A stretch of 64,000 nt of DNA from Vicugna vicugna (taxonomy: Eukaryota). Position 1 is the stretch's first letter; the number at the start of each line of letters is the position of its first letter. The translations under genes and the position numbers were made by a program. Below the pieces are notes generated by a model. That model worked only from the letters and a program-made list of their open reading frames with translations. It did no database searches and was not told the DNA's origin. This document shows positions 38,202-51,639 of this stretch, piece after piece. The DNA is taken from the NCBI GenBank assembly GCA_013265495.1, contig MU057947.1, positions 940,048-1,004,047 of the forward strand. Direction: 5' to 3'.

Positions 38202-39473
38202 TGCCGGGGAGGAACATTTGGGTCCAGGAGGGAATGATGCGTCATTAAAATGCATGGTTAAAATATTTCCTCACCTATTCAGGAGAGGTAAAATGTTAGC
38301 TGTTGTTAAAAATAATTACACCCCAATCACATACACACACATGCACACACACACCCTCTTTAAAGTGGTCACTTCACGGATACAGGGTGCAGCTCCTGTC
38401 ACCCAGGAAGCCCCCACTGCAGTCTGATCTGGAGCTTTGGCTCTGCCAGGCCAGAACATCAGCCTCCGGGACCCAGAGCCCCAGCTTCCTGGTCCCCATG
38501 CTCCCAGCCTGTAAAGTACCACGTAGTACCCTCTGCAAAACCTGTCTGTCCCATCCTTCTCAGGGCTGTACTGTTGGGACGACTGTTCCTGGTTTCTGAT
38601 CAAGCAGGCCTGGGAGCCCAGGAGAAACCCCTGCCCAGAGGGCACCAGGGGTCACTGGGTTCCCTAGGGGGATGGATCCCGCACCTCCAAGAGGGAATAG
38701 GACACAGCTAAAGGATGCTTACATATTGGGGCGGCAGAATGTCACTGTCTGGGATTCATCCACACTGGGGACAAGTGCCAAAATCACCCCAAACATCTTG
38801 CTTTCCTGTTTTCAGTCTTCACGCACTAAGTTCAAGATGATAATGCTGAATTTTTCCCTCTGGGCCTGCACGTGCTCAGAGAAACATAGGGCTGGGCTCT
38901 GAAGTAGCAGCAGCATGCCGGTTGGGGTTTGGTGGTGCAGCAGGAGGAGCGCGTGAGGCGGTGCAGGAGGGGGTGCTGGCACGGCCCCGTCTCCGCTGTG
39001 GGTCCGGGCAGTCTCCTTAGCTGTCGAGTGGGGGCAGGCACTGATGGTTTTGCATCATCAGCTGGAAGGAACATGGAATGACAGATACAGACACGTGTGT
39101 GCGGGGGCTTCGGGAGGCTGGAAGGCACTATAAAGCTGTGTATACCCTTATATACGTGTAACTCAGGTGTGACAGCCCCTCAAAATGTGGCTTGGGCTCA
39201 GGGCTGAGTGGAGTCGTCTTTGCTGCCGAAGTCAGAGCATCTCAAAGCTCAGAGATTCACCTGCTGAACGTCAGGCCTGTTGACATCAATAGTGATGACT
39301 GTAAAAAGGCAAGGAGGTAGAAATGGAAATGTTAGCTGGGAGTTTTCCCAGCATCTCTTTTTTAAGGTAGGGAGTGTGGTCTGTAGCTGGTGTATCCTGC
39401 TTTCAGCAAATTCCATTTAAAGGAAAAACCAGGATTTCTAAAACAGTCCCATTTAAAGGATAATTACAGCATT

Positions 39474-39598
39474 GTGGGGGGGGGCAGGTGGGTAATTAGG
39501 TTATTTATTTATTTATTTTTAATGGAGGTACTGGGGATTGAACCTAGCAACTGTACATGCTAAGCATGTGCTCTACCACTGAGCTACAGCCTCCCTCC
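39474..39598 (-). mobile_element. tRNA-derived SINE (camelid-type), TSD AATTAC(A/T)GCATT
   Basis: Family motifs; TSD at 39462-39473 and 39599-39610. Confidence 0.9.
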
Positions 39599-40364
39599 AA
39601 TTACTGCATTTTTTAAAAAAGTTTTACTATAGCACATTTCCCTAGTGTATTACAATTGCGCTATTTTTAAATTACAAAGTCAGTCATATTCTTTGAAAAA
39701 ATGCAAACGACACTAGGAAGTGTGTAAGGTAAACACTCCCTTTAAAACTCCTCTATTTTCACCTTCTGGGAGCAAGTTCTCGTAACACTTTGGGGCACAT
39801 GCTTCCAAAGACCTTTTCTGATGCTACATTCAGCCGTATAGTTACATGTTTGATGTGAATATAATTCTGTCTAAATGATCATCAGAGTATACATCCTGTT
39901 TTGCAACATGCTATTTTCTCCTCTCCTGCTGCATGTTTTCATAGTAATCTCTAGGCTTTATTTACTTAAAGAAAACTAACCTTTTTATTTTTAAATAATT
40001 GTAGGGTCACATGCAGTCTTAAGAAATAACACAGAGAGTCCATGTACGCTTTCCCCTGAGATAGCATCTTCAAACTGCAGTGCAATATCAGGACTAGGAT
40101 GTTGACATTCATATCATCGGCTCATCTTCTTCCATTTCCCCAGTTTTACTTTTGTTCTGTGCAATTTTGATCACCTTTAGGTTTGTGTATCTATCACCAC
40201 AGCCAGGAAACAAAACAGTTTCTTATCACTCTCTTATTGCATTTTAAATAATGTAACTTACCGACTTCAGTAACATCTACGTCTCAGAGGGAGGCACACA
40301 TGTACTGGCCTCCTAAAAACCACTTTCAGTCATTGGAGCTGTGAGAAAATACAAAGTGAGTCAT

Positions 40365-40550
40365 AAATAAAAGTCATCTATGTAATTTAAAAATTTCTAA
40401 TAACCACATTTAAAAGGGAAAAAGAGGTAAATGTAATACTACGTTTCACAAAATCCAGTGTATCAGAAATAGTATTTCAACATGTAATCTATATAAAAAT
40501 TATTAATGAGATATATCACACGGTTTATTTTTTGTGTGTGATTGATCTTT
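40365..40550. mobile_element. MER33-like hAT-Charlie DNA transposon relic
   Basis: atgtaatttaaaatttctaataaccacatt...tttcaacatgtaatctatataaaaattattaatgagata resembles the MER33 consensus as recalled. Confidence 0.6.
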
Positions 40551-41605
40551 GAACTCCACAAGCCCACCGCTCCACCAGCTGCAGGTACTGAGCATGAGCT
40601 GAGCACCTACCATGTGCCTGGCTCTAACTCTGGCATGGGGACAGAGACACAGTTCCTGCCCCTGATGAGAACTGGGGCTGGTGGAGACCACAAGCAACCC
40701 TCTAACTTGGCGAGATGTGCACATGGTCAAAGGGCGCACAGGTGCCCTGAACACCCTGGGGAGGCTCCATGCAACCTGCACTCAAACTCAGTCCAGAGCC
40801 GGAGGACCCTAGGAGGAGCTCCAGTGTCTGGTTGAAAGCAATGCCTATTGGGATGGAACTACACCAGGAGGGGAGCTTTGGAGACAAGGCCGGGTGCGGT
40901 TTGGGGACAGACAAAAAGATACGTCCTCTCGCCCTCTCCCCCCTTCCAGGTTAGATGAATGCCTGGCTCTGGAGGCAGGGGAGAGCTCTTGGCTGGGGGC
41001 TGAGGATACTAGCAACATGGACAAGATTCCCCAGGCCCGAGAATGCGTGGGAAACATTGGAATGGGAGGTGGAAAGGTGGTGAGAGGGCACCACCTGGAG
41101 TGTTCACATTAGGGGGATGCCAGAGAAGGCCCCGAGGTTAGAGGGGCGCGGATCCTGGAGGCCTGAGGAAGAGGTCCTGGAGCTGGGAGCGTAGTGCCGG
41201 AAGGCGGCGCCCCTGCCCAGGCCGTGCTACCCGGAGGTCACAATGGTGATGTGTGTGCGCGCTGGCTGCGCCCAGGGTTGGCACCGCCTGGGGCGCGTGT
41301 GCCGGGACTCGCCGTGGCACGGGTTCGGCTCCTTCAGGACCGACTTCGAAGCTCCTGTCAGTACTGAGGTTCAGAGATGGCGCGATCTCCCTTTCCCTGA
41401 CCTCCCGTTCCATCCCCACCTTTCTGTAATTTCATTTCAGATCAAGACTTCAGGTTGTTAAATACACAATTCACATCACACACGCGCGCACACCCTTCTC
41501 CCAGCTGCTGTACGGAGCGCCGGGGTCCAAAAGCCGCAGGAATCTGCACTCCGACCTCCGGGAGCCCCGGGAGTCTGGAGCCCCAGCGCACGTTCCTCGC
41601 CCTCA

Positions 41606-41670
41606 GGAGCCGAGGTCGGGAGCCGCGGTCGGGAGCCCCGCGGTCGGGAGCCCCGCGGTCGGGAGCCGCG
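41606..41670. repeat. Short GC-rich tandem repeat (13/15-bp unit GGTCGGGAGCC(CC)GC, about 4.5 copies) in the GLRX3 promoter
   Basis: Read directly: ggagccgaggtcgggagccgcggtcgggagccccgcggtcgggagccccgcggtcgggagccgcg. Confidence 0.9.
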
Positions 41671-41820
41671 CGCTCCCTCCGGCCGCTGCGGAAGCCCCGC
41701 CCCCGGAGTCGCCGTCGGGGCGCGGGCAGGCCCGGGGGCGGGGCTTCCGCGGGCAGCCGCCCCGAGGCCCCGCCCCCGCTGGCCGCCCGCGCTCGATTGC
41801 TCCTGTCTGGCGGCGGCAGC

Positions 41821-41909
41821 ATGGCGGCGGGGGCGGCTGAGGCGGCGGCGGCCGTGGTGGAAGTCGGCTCCGCGGGGCAGTTTGAGGAGTTGCTGCGCCT
41901 CAGAGCCAA
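41821..41909 (+). CDS. GLRX3: Glutaredoxin-3 (PICOT) coding exon 1
   Basis: Kozak-like GGCAGCATGG; encodes MAAGAAEAAAAVVEVGSAGQFEELLRLRA(K); donor GTAAGC at 41910; lies in a CpG island. Confidence 0.97.
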
Positions 41910-42073
41910 GTAAGCGGGGCGGCGGGCGGCAGCGGTGAGGGGACACGCGGGGGCCGGCCTCGCGGGCGAAGGCGGGCGGCCCGGCTCGGCCCGGCCTGGG
42001 CGGAGCGGCCGGCGCGGCCCCGGACCCCGAGCCCTGGCCTCCGCCCCGGAAGGGGAGCGGGGTCCGGCCGCAG

Positions 42074-42371
42074 ACCCGCCGCCCCCCGGGCGCCCAAGGC
42101 CCGGGTCCCCACCCGCCGCCGGGCGCGGCGACGCGGTGACTCAGCCCCAGGCCGGGAGGGGCGCGGAGACCCCGGCCCCTTCCCGCCTGGCCGCGGCGGG
42201 CGGGCCTGGCTGGGTCGGTGGTACCCGCCCCCCCCCGGGCGCCCAAGGCCCGGGTCCCCACCCGCCGCCGGGCGCGGCGACGCGGTGACTCAGCCCCAGG
42301 CCGGGAGGGGCGCGGAGACCCCGGCCCCTTCCCGCCTGGCCGCGGCGGGCGGGCCTGGCTGGGTCGGTGGT
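42074..42371. repeat. 149-bp direct tandem duplication in GLRX3 intron 1
   Basis: 42074-42222 and 42223-42371 are identical except for one G/C difference (42081 vs 42230), by manual comparison. Confidence 0.93.
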
Positions 42372-44769
42372 GCCGTCTCCTTTACGAGGGGCGTTAAAGG
42401 TGGTGGGGAGCCGGCGAGCTGCCTTGGTCAGCTGGCGCGGCCGTAGGCGAGGGTTTCCTGTTTCATGAATGGGCTCAGCCGCGGTCTGTTCTTTTGGGCG
42501 CACGTGCCCCTCGCCCTTGGGAAGGCATCGGAAGGAGGCCGCGGGGATGCGGGGACTCTGGGGATAGGGGGAGCCCCGAGCAGTGTGGGTTGTCGCGGGT
42601 CGGCGCTGGCGGGCGCGCAGGGAGGCTTCCCCGGTAGGGCCTCGAGGGGCTGGGCAGTCTCCCGGGGCGTTACCGGTGGGGACGGTGGAGCTCCAGCCTG
42701 GGAGCCGGGCCCCGGCTCAGCCCCCCGCTAGCCCTGTAACCCCTGCGCAGGTTTCATACCCGGGCCTGTCTCTTTTGCGATGCGGCGGGTTAGGACGGCG
42801 CCCGCCGCGGGGTGCGGCGTGAGCTGCCGCGGTGCCCTGGCGGCCGGGGCACTCGCAGGACCCGAGCCCTCAGTCCTTTAAGTGTGGGACGGAGTGCCTG
42901 TGTGGCGTTCACGGGCATGAATGCTTATTGACCTCCGTGCGGTACCGAATTTGAATTCGAGGCAGGCAGTAAGTACTCTGGGAGAGTGGCGGAGACGCAG
43001 GGTGCAGGTGAGGGGAAGAGTTGCCTCTTGAAAATGGGAAAGGGTGAGTTCCTGTCTTACTAGTGGTTGGCCTAGCCTTACAGTGGTGAGGTTAAAAGTG
43101 GTAACCGAAACAGCTCTGTCGGCGTGGGAATTGTTAAAAAAGAAAAAGTGTGGGGCGGGGGGTGACGTTGACTCATTGATGAAAGGTGATTCATCCTGCA
43201 CTTCACACATCTTAATAGCAGCCCGTTTGTGGAGTTCTCCAGAGTGACCTCTTGTAAAGAGCAGGACTTGTGTGGACCTGCCCTTACTAAGTGTTCATCT
43301 TACTGTCACCTGGGAGACTATTTTGCTTTTTATGTGTTTCACGTTTTTGTTTTTATGTTTCACTTTTTAAATACAAAAGTCCTTAAAATTATCACAATGG
43401 GTAGAAGTTTAAATGTTAATACCATTTGGATGTGTTCTTGCCACTGGCCTGTGCTTGAAACGAGCCAGAAAACAGTTTACCTTTTCCTTGGTGATTAGTT
43501 TAAATGGGCATATGGGAAGCAATGCTGGGCATGTGGAGAAGGAACAGATCTCTGCTACTTGTTTGTGAAAATGGAAGCATGTAAGAATATTAAATAGTAC
43601 TTGTTAACGTAATCATTTAAAGTCTACAAATAACTTCTCAATTTTAAAACTTCATGTGAATTGAAAATTTTTTTACTTAAGTCATCTAATCAGTTGTTTA
43701 TGTTACTGAAACCTTAGCTGGTTTATACAGCGGGGATATGCATACCAATTTGCAGAGTAATTACGGTTTTGCCTATTTGTAGAATACTTAACAGTCTACT
43801 ACTTTATGAGTTTAATAAATGGTGTTATCTGCAGGGGAATAACTGTAGGAGCACAACACCTGTAATAATAGAGAAAACAACCATTTATTGAACACTAATT
43901 ATTTTACTGATGAAGAACCCAGGTTCATCACGTTGTTTAAAATCACAGTAGTTAGGGTTTGAACCTCGTGTTTCTCTAAAGGTTTTCCTTAAACAGTGTA
44001 CCCTGCATATTGGGCCACCGTGAAGGTGGAGAGAACACTGTCACATGTAATCCCAGAGTGGGTGACAGCATTTGTATTTGTTTCAGGTTTATGTCCTTAT
44101 GATGCTTGGCATCGTGTACTTAATTGGAAAGTGGAGTTAAGCATCTAACTCTGAGAATGTTGTGCGTAATTTAAAATAATAGCATTAATATCATCATCAT
44201 GTTTTCAGAGTGCTTATATGTTTTTGTTGATAGTCTCAGCATCCCATGGTGTTAGTTATTGCTGTTTTACAGATGTGGAAGTTAAGTTAAATTACTCTTC
44301 AAAGCCACATTAGTAGTAATGAAATTTAAGTTGTGTATGTGTACTTTTTTCTTTTTTACATACGTTGGCTGATACTGTGAAGAGGTTTGGCACCCTATGT
44401 TAATTTTTTTAAAATGTAGTCATATTGTGAGCATCTTCCCATGTCATTAAACAGTCTTTGAATATGACTTCTAATGGCTTCGTAATATTTTCTTGCATGA
44501 CCATTAAAAACTATATTGTTGAACAGTGGATGTTTTACAGTTATTTGATATGTAAAATACTGGGAAAGTATTCATAAACATAAATCTTTGTCTCTTTAAT
44601 TTCTTCCTTAGGATAGGCATTTAAAAGTGTGTAAGAAGTTTCTGAAGGTTTCCAATTTAATTTTTACCAGCAGGATATGAAAGTGCTGTCTCACTTTATC
44701 CTTTTTTATCATCGAATATTATTATTTTAAAAATCTTTTTTTCAGTCTGGTAAAAGTGGTATCCTACTT

Positions 44770-45200
44770 TTAAGAAATTGAGGTATTACATACTATGATA
44801 AAATGTGCAGAGCTTAACCCTCAGGTATGGTGAATTTTAACATTTGTATAAACACAGAATAATCATCATTCAAAGCAAGAATAATTCTTCAGGCTCTTTC
44901 TGGGCGTCAGCCCCCCACCAATGATCTGCCTTCTGTTGCTATCAGTTAGTTCTACCTGTTCTTGGACTTCATGTAAATGGAGTCACAAAGCGCCTAGTCT
45001 TCCACGTCTGGCCTGTTTTGCGCAGTATGTTTTTGGGGCCCATCTGTGTTGTTGCATGTATCTATAGTTGGTTTCTTTTTTATTGCTGAGTGGTGTTCCA
45101 TTGTATTAGTATTTAGCAGTTTTCCAGTTTGTGGGCATTTGGGTTATTTGCGGCTTTTGGCTGTTGTGTCCCAGGCTGCTGTGAACATTCTCTCGCACAG
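44770..45200 (-). mobile_element. Old L1M 3' end fragment in GLRX3 intron 1
   Basis: tgatctgccttctgttgctatcagttag...cctgttcttggacttcatgtaaatggagtcac...tttttattgctgagtggtgttccattgt. Confidence 0.75.
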
Positions 45201-47456
45201 CCCTTGTGTGGGCCTGTTTTCCTGCGCACTGTCCTTCAGGCCTTGGAGCCTCCCCTGCCTCCTCTGCAGAAGCTCTGTGTAGGCAGAGGTTCACACTGGG
45301 GGGTCTTGAGGGGCCAGGCCAGGCCAGGACTCGGTTCCAGGGCCCCAACCAGCTGCAAGGAAGACTAAGAAATGTATTCTGGCCGTGTGCTCAAGAGGAA
45401 GAGGAAGCAGTGATTGGTGAACTACTCCGTGGTCTCTGCCCACCTGTGCACACACTGAAGCTTCTGAGTTCCAGATACAGTGAGAACCGTTGAGTGGGGG
45501 CCCTCCCACGAGTCCTTTACCACCTCCACCTCCCAGGGTCTTCCTTTAGAGCCGCCTGCTTTCCTCTCCTGTGCCCCTGGGCAGCTCTCCCTCCTTCCTC
45601 GGTCCTGTCTGTGACCCTGTCCATTTTCCTTGGTTTCAGCAAATGACCTTGCTTCCTACCTGGGACAACAGGACTTCCAGAAGCATCTTCCTGAGCTTTC
45701 CCTCTACTTGCCCCACCCTCCGCACCTACACATTTGTTTGTTTGTGGTTTATGAATCCTTGACTCTTTTGCTCCTGACCCAGAGACTGTCTATCTTCTCC
45801 AGGCGAGCTTTTCTCTCTAGATTTCCCTCTCCTGCTACCTCCGAGGCCCGGAATCCTCAGCTGTCTCTCGTGTCTTCAGCCTCTCCCTCTCCATGTGCTC
45901 TGTCCCCCCACAGAATAAACTATGAACATTTCTTGTATTGAAAAAAGCCCATTCCTCGATCCTGCCTCTATCCTTGGCCCCTCTGTTCATAGCCGAATCC
46001 CTTCAAGAGTAGGTGTCCAGCAGTCTCTGCTTTCTCATCCTTGGCTGTCGGCCACGTGCTGCAGCCCAACTTGCTCACCTGCATCCACTGCAGCTGCTCT
46101 CACTGTTGCCGGTCGCCCTTCCTGCTGCATTGGATGCTTGTCTCTCCTTCCTTCTTGACTTCTGTGCGACCCTCGCCCTTACTGTACCCACTTAGGCCCC
46201 TCCTCTGGGCTGCCACCTGGGCTCCTTTTCCTCCGTCTCTCCTGACTGAGGGTTGATGAGCCCCAGAGGCTGTGCCCTCAGTCACTGCGTTATCCTCTGG
46301 CAGGGGTGAGAGTGGTTCCAGCACTGCTGATTTCTTGACTCCCAGACCTGTAGGTCAAGCATGGACTTCTTTCCTGAGCTCCAGACCATCACTGATGGCC
46401 CCCTGGACATCCTTTCCTCTCAGCTGGCAGCTTCTGTGCAGTGATTCACGGCTAGTCCACCACTAGCTGTCAGCCACTGAGCCCGAAACCTACTGTGCCC
46501 CAGTGTCACCAGGTCCTGCCCCTCCTGCCTCCGAGTCTGCATTGCCTCCCTTGGCTTCCAGTCCCGAGACTGTGTGGTCGGCTCCTTCTTGGCTCACCTG
46601 TATGATTGTAATGGGTTACAGTTTGGTGCTGCTTTCTTGGCCCAAGAGTAGCTGGTCTTATTTCCTTTTTCCGTGTAACACGTAAACTGTATTTTCTTCC
46701 TGAGTTTTCAAAGTTGTGGTTGAGGGGGATTATATTTGAACTTAGAATTCTGTAAAGCTGAAGGGTTTTTCAGTTGAGCATGAAGGTAGACTTAAAGATC
46801 TCTTGCTAAGATAATTTTATATGAAAACGGTTGATAGATACACACCGAGGTTCCTAAGCGTTTCATCAACAGTTTGTTAATCCCCTAGTCTGTTCATACT
46901 ATTCATTTTTTAGGAAAGCTTTTGTAGCATAATATAAAAAAGTGTGTCTGTAAAGAGTGCTTCCATTTTCCCCTTTTTTCCTGCTTGCACACCTTCATCT
47001 GCAACATCTCATTCCTGTCCCTGCAGTCACCTCGTCACAGTACCACATTTGAAAAGTAAATACTAGCATTAATAGTAACACATCTGCAGTCATTTTTCAC
47101 AAATATGGTGCCTTGACTGCAGAAATCTAGTTTCCGTCTTTCCTAAGGGTCTGAAAACATAGTTGATTTACATGGCTAATAGTTGAGGTGGATAAATAAT
47201 CAGAAACACTTCATATGAGGTAAGTATTGACTCAAGGTGTACCACTAATTTGAAAATTTATCCAAAAGACTCTCAAGACATTACAAGTCATCATATTTCA
47301 GTCTGTGTTTAATACAACAAAATTCTAGCAGTACAAAAACAATTCAGACAGTTCTTTTTAAAGATTTCTTTGCTAATGGAATCTAATCTCTATCAGTATT
47401 TGCTTGTTTCTAAAGCTACTGTAATTTTTTCAGTCTGTAACTTTATGGATTTACAG

Positions 47457-47565
47457 GTCCCTCGTTGTGGTCCATTTTTGGGCACCATGGGCCCCACAGT
47501 GCACCCAGATGAACGGCGTGATGGCAGAGTTAGCCAAAGAGCAGCCTCAGGTTTCGTTTGTGAAG
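47457..47565 (+). CDS. GLRX3: GLRX3 exon 2 (Trx-like domain, [36 protein letters not shown])
   Basis: TTACAG acceptor, 109 nt, GTACTG donor. Contains the WAPQC motif typical of the GLRX3 Trx-like domain, and the phase fits exon 1 (AA|G). Confidence 0.97.
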
Positions 47566-50500
47566 GTACTGTATTTTCAGTGTCATACCTTTTATGAGTT
47601 TAATTCTGACTTACGGGTTAGAGTATATCTTGTTAACTAATGTAAGGGAGGAGTGGTGTGGAATTCCGCACGTTTATAGTTGGTGTTGGGATCTTTTATT
47701 TTCATAGTAGCTTATTCTTAAAAACCTTAAAATGGTTTTGCACATCTCAAGTGCTAAGTGGTATAAGACTCACCACACTTTCCCCAACACGTGCTCGCGC
47801 GGGAGGACAGGATGGGTGGGTGGAGGCAGGGGAGTGTTTGTGAGCAAAAGCGGAAGAGATCATTAATTGTGGATAGTTGTGGTTTTAATATAGTAAAAAT
47901 ATTAACATGACTTATTTCATTGAAAAACTAGGTGTCATGTGGAAAGTGATTAAAGGAAGCGTGTGTAAAGGCTGCTAGGAGGCAGGGGGTAGGAAGAGGT
48001 TGCTGTCTGGGACTGGGTGAACGCAGCCTGTGGGAGAGACGGAGAGTTCTCCTAGCCTGCTGGGCAGAGGACAAGCGAGCCTGTCCTCCCTTGCTGCCTT
48101 TGTTTTACTTCGTTTTGCATGTTGCCTTCTTTGTTTTGCCTCTGGTTTTCCATACTCTGAGCTCCTAGTATCTGTCTGTCTTGGGTGGGTAGGTACTAGG
48201 AAAGTGAGCCTTGTGACTGGGTTAGCTCGCTGTGGTTTAGCACATGTATTGTTGTCAATTAGGACTTCGTACTGGTTTAGGCAACTGGGCCAAAACATGG
48301 GTTGAATTATCTTAGAAATGAATTTTTATGAAGAGAAACCCACCCTGTGTTCAAAAGCTGAATCCTTAGGATTAAAAAAACCAAAAAACAAAAAAACCCA
48401 AAAGCCTTTTTTTTTTTTTTAAAACCAGAGCCTATGGGTTCAGAGGGTGTTGGCAAGTGTACCTGTATAAGAGGTTAAAAGTGACATCAACTGTGTCTGT
48501 ATGTGTACACTTTTTATGTGAACTAAAACCACAGAATTCTGACATTAATTCATTTCTATACGTTTTCAGACAGTCTGTGTATAGACAAGGGTGCTTTGAA
48601 TAGGCATGACACTTGGATGGTTCAAAATCAAAACAATGTAAAAAGCTGTACGTTGAGAAGGCTCACCCTACTCCTCCCTGGCAGCCTGGTTGTCCCATCC
48701 CATAAGTAACTGCTAGTATTAATTTTGTATGAATCCTTCCCGTGTTTTCTTTATGCAGACAGAGCAAGTATGAATGTAATAGTTAGCTTTTTAAAATTTA
48801 AGGACTTATTTAAAATTCCAGTGAAATGTGTAATGTAACCTTAGAATGTAACCCTAAAATGTCCAGTATAAATAATAGAAGGGGACATTAAAACTGCATG
48901 TTTGGTTAGTGATAGAAGATAATGATTACAAGTGAAATGAATGATTAAACATTTCAATCATAAGATTAATCAAGATGATGGTAATTGTTGTAAGTCTGCT
49001 TTTGTGTGTATAATGTTACTGGTTTGGGCGACACATTGTCCTTAGCTGCCATTTGAATGATTTATTTAAAGTGACTATAGGATTACTTCTCACATTGGTA
49101 CCAAACTTGGCAGAGAGATTTTAAGTTGTTCAAGTGCTTAAGTGTCTCAGCAAGCCAAGGGTTGGGAAGCTTACCTGCTGGGGACACCTGAACCCGACTG
49201 CACCTGCCCTTCACGGGGCGGGCCACTGTGCCAGGCGCACAGTCTGTCCAGGTGTCTTTCCTTTCTGGAATTCACTCTGTGAATAGTTTTTCTTTCGGAG
49301 ACAGACAGGCTGCGTGGAGTTTGTTAGGTAGGTAACTTCAAAGGCCACAGTGCTGAGCAACGGTGAGCCAGTGAGAGGCAGAGTATGTGAGAGGCCGCTG
49401 GCATTTCCCCGCCAGAGGAGTGCGGCTCACTTAAAACAGCTTTCTTAGAGCTTTTTGAAACTTCTGGGGTATGGAACTGAGATTCTACCACCTTAATATC
49501 CTCTGTTTTTTTAATTTGATTTCTTGTTTTTTTTTTTTTATGACTGCAATTGATCGGCATTTTTGACTTATGAAGTGTAGCAATTAGTTCATTCTATGAC
49601 TTAGATTTACAGAATCGTAACATAAGTGATCTTACACACTATGTTTTTAATATTATGATTGTAAAGCTTTGTGATCATCAATTCCCTGTTTTGTAGAAGA
49701 TGGTGAAATACCCTAGAAAAGCGAGCATACATTTTTGGTCCCAGTAGTTTGCGCTCATTGGAATGGTTTGCTGAAAGGCAGGCTGTCGCATTTCCTGCAT
49801 CTGAATCCCCTCATTTCCTGGCCTGATGATGTGATAAGTACACCCGTGCTCCTTCCGGTGCCACCTGTTGCGCTCACCTGCGTGGGCTACCTTGTCTGCT
49901 CAGGTCCTGAGGCTGTGTCCCCGTGTTCTCACACCTCGAGGGGCTTAGAGGAAACACATAGGTTACTTCTGTTGGTAAAGTCTCACAGAAACCTTATGTT
50001 TACTAAGAATAAAATTAAATAGCTAATTAAAACGTCAAGTGCCTTTGCTTTTCAGGTTACATAAAGTCAGCTTGTTAGCACTTTAAAATGGAAATACATG
50101 TTTATTATTAAATCATACTGTTCGGTAGGTGGAGTCTTTCAAGACACAGTGTGATGGAGAGGTGGGGAGGAGGAAGAACGGCATTGGGTGATGAAATTTG
50201 GTACCTGAGTCGTGCTCATGGCCAAGTCAAATCTGCTTTTTATAGCAGTGGCATTTATTATTTTTAAAATTTTACATTTGATTTTGTTATTAATTTTATT
50301 TTTTAATAAAAAGTTGTGTTTATTTAAGGTGTACAACATGTTGATTTAAGCCGTCTCTTGTGTGTGAAGTCTTCCCTGTATCTCTCTATAGCTTTTTTTT
50401 TCCTTTTGCTCTGAACTTAATCTGTGTCGTTGGTTGGACTCTTAATCGGGGACTGTCCTGTGTTTTCATTTGCTCTGCCATTGTGTTCGCGTTGTTTGAC

Positions 50501-51639
50501 TCCTTGACTAGATGGTGGTGCACTAGAGGTAGGGGCCATTACTTTAGCATGTTTTCTTTTTTTTTTTAATTACTTCCTTTAATGCCAGTGGCTCCTGCCT
50601 CCCCCGCTTCCTCCACCCCTCATCCCAGCTTAATGCCTCAGTCCTCTGAGGCCGTGGTGCTCGTCTGACCATGTAGTGCACTTTGGTACAAAAACTTTCC
50701 AAGTCAGACTTACCAGCCACCGGTTGGTGAGATTTTATATCACTGTATTTCATTTAGTATTAATCCTGTTCGTATGGTAGCTGCTGTACTTGATTTTATG
50801 CCCATATTAACTTCAGATATAAGGTCAAGGGAACAGAAGGAATTATATACTTAAATTTGTATTTTTTGATTCCTTCAGAAGTAGGAATCTTTATAGTTTG
50901 ATTTATTCTCAAATGTGTGACCATCTTAAAGATACAGCTCATACTGTTTAATTTCTGAAGGTTTATATGATTAGTATCTGTAGCTTACACTGTTTAATTC
51001 TAAATACCTGTACAATTAGTATGTGTAAGCCGACAGTGTAGGGCGATCTCCAGAAGGGTACCAGCCAGCTGTATAAACTAGGTGCTAACCAGCTGAGTTC
51101 CTGTCTTGTTGGTGTCAGAATATTTGTCAGTTTATTTGGCATCTTAGCATATGTGGGATTCCTGTTGTAGAAACTCTAAAAATGTCTCTCAGATAATTCT
51201 AGTAGAATTGTTAAATCCTAAAAATATCCTACTTTTAATCTATGCTGTCTTGGTAATAAAAAAAACCCACAATTAACATAGTTTATTAACTTACTGGGTT
51301 AAATTTGGCAAGTCTTAGAACAAGTTATCAGAAATGTTAATTTAAATACTATTTTGATATTTATACTTGAATATTTGACAAATAAAGAATTTGATTTTGA
51401 AAATTTTTCCTTTTGTATCATGTCGCAGAGTAGAAAGAAGCCTCTGTATGAGGTATAACAGAATGCCCCAGAATGGCAGGTGTTTTGTTTGCTTGTTTTC
51501 CTGTTGAAGTATAGCTGATTACACTGGAATGTTAGGTTTAATCATTCTCACCTTAACCTTGGAACCTCAGTGCCACCACTGGCAAGTGGTCATTCCCCTT
51601 TTCTGGTTTAGGCATGGTAACCACCGTTAGCTCAATATT

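Larger units (their letters stand above)
41140..42930. promoter_or_regulatory. CpG island / promoter of GLRX3
   Basis: Very high GC and CpG density around exon 1. Sp1 GC boxes near 41735-41744 and 41767-41776, ETS-like CGGAAG/CTTCCG, no obvious TATA box. Confidence 0.9.

Noticed and set aside
41455..41820. In-frame open stretch upstream of the GLRX3 ATG (possible N-terminal extension)
   Set aside because: There is no upstream ATG, absence of stops is expected at this GC content, and it runs through promoter GC boxes and a tandem repeat.
41442..42503. Long overlapping ORFs on both strands (up to 261 aa)
   Set aside because: Low-complexity G/P/R/A translations of the CpG island and the 149-bp duplication.
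47490..47505. GLRX3 Trx domain lacking CxxC (WAPQC)
   Set aside because: This is the normal state of GLRX3/PICOT, not a lineage-specific loss.
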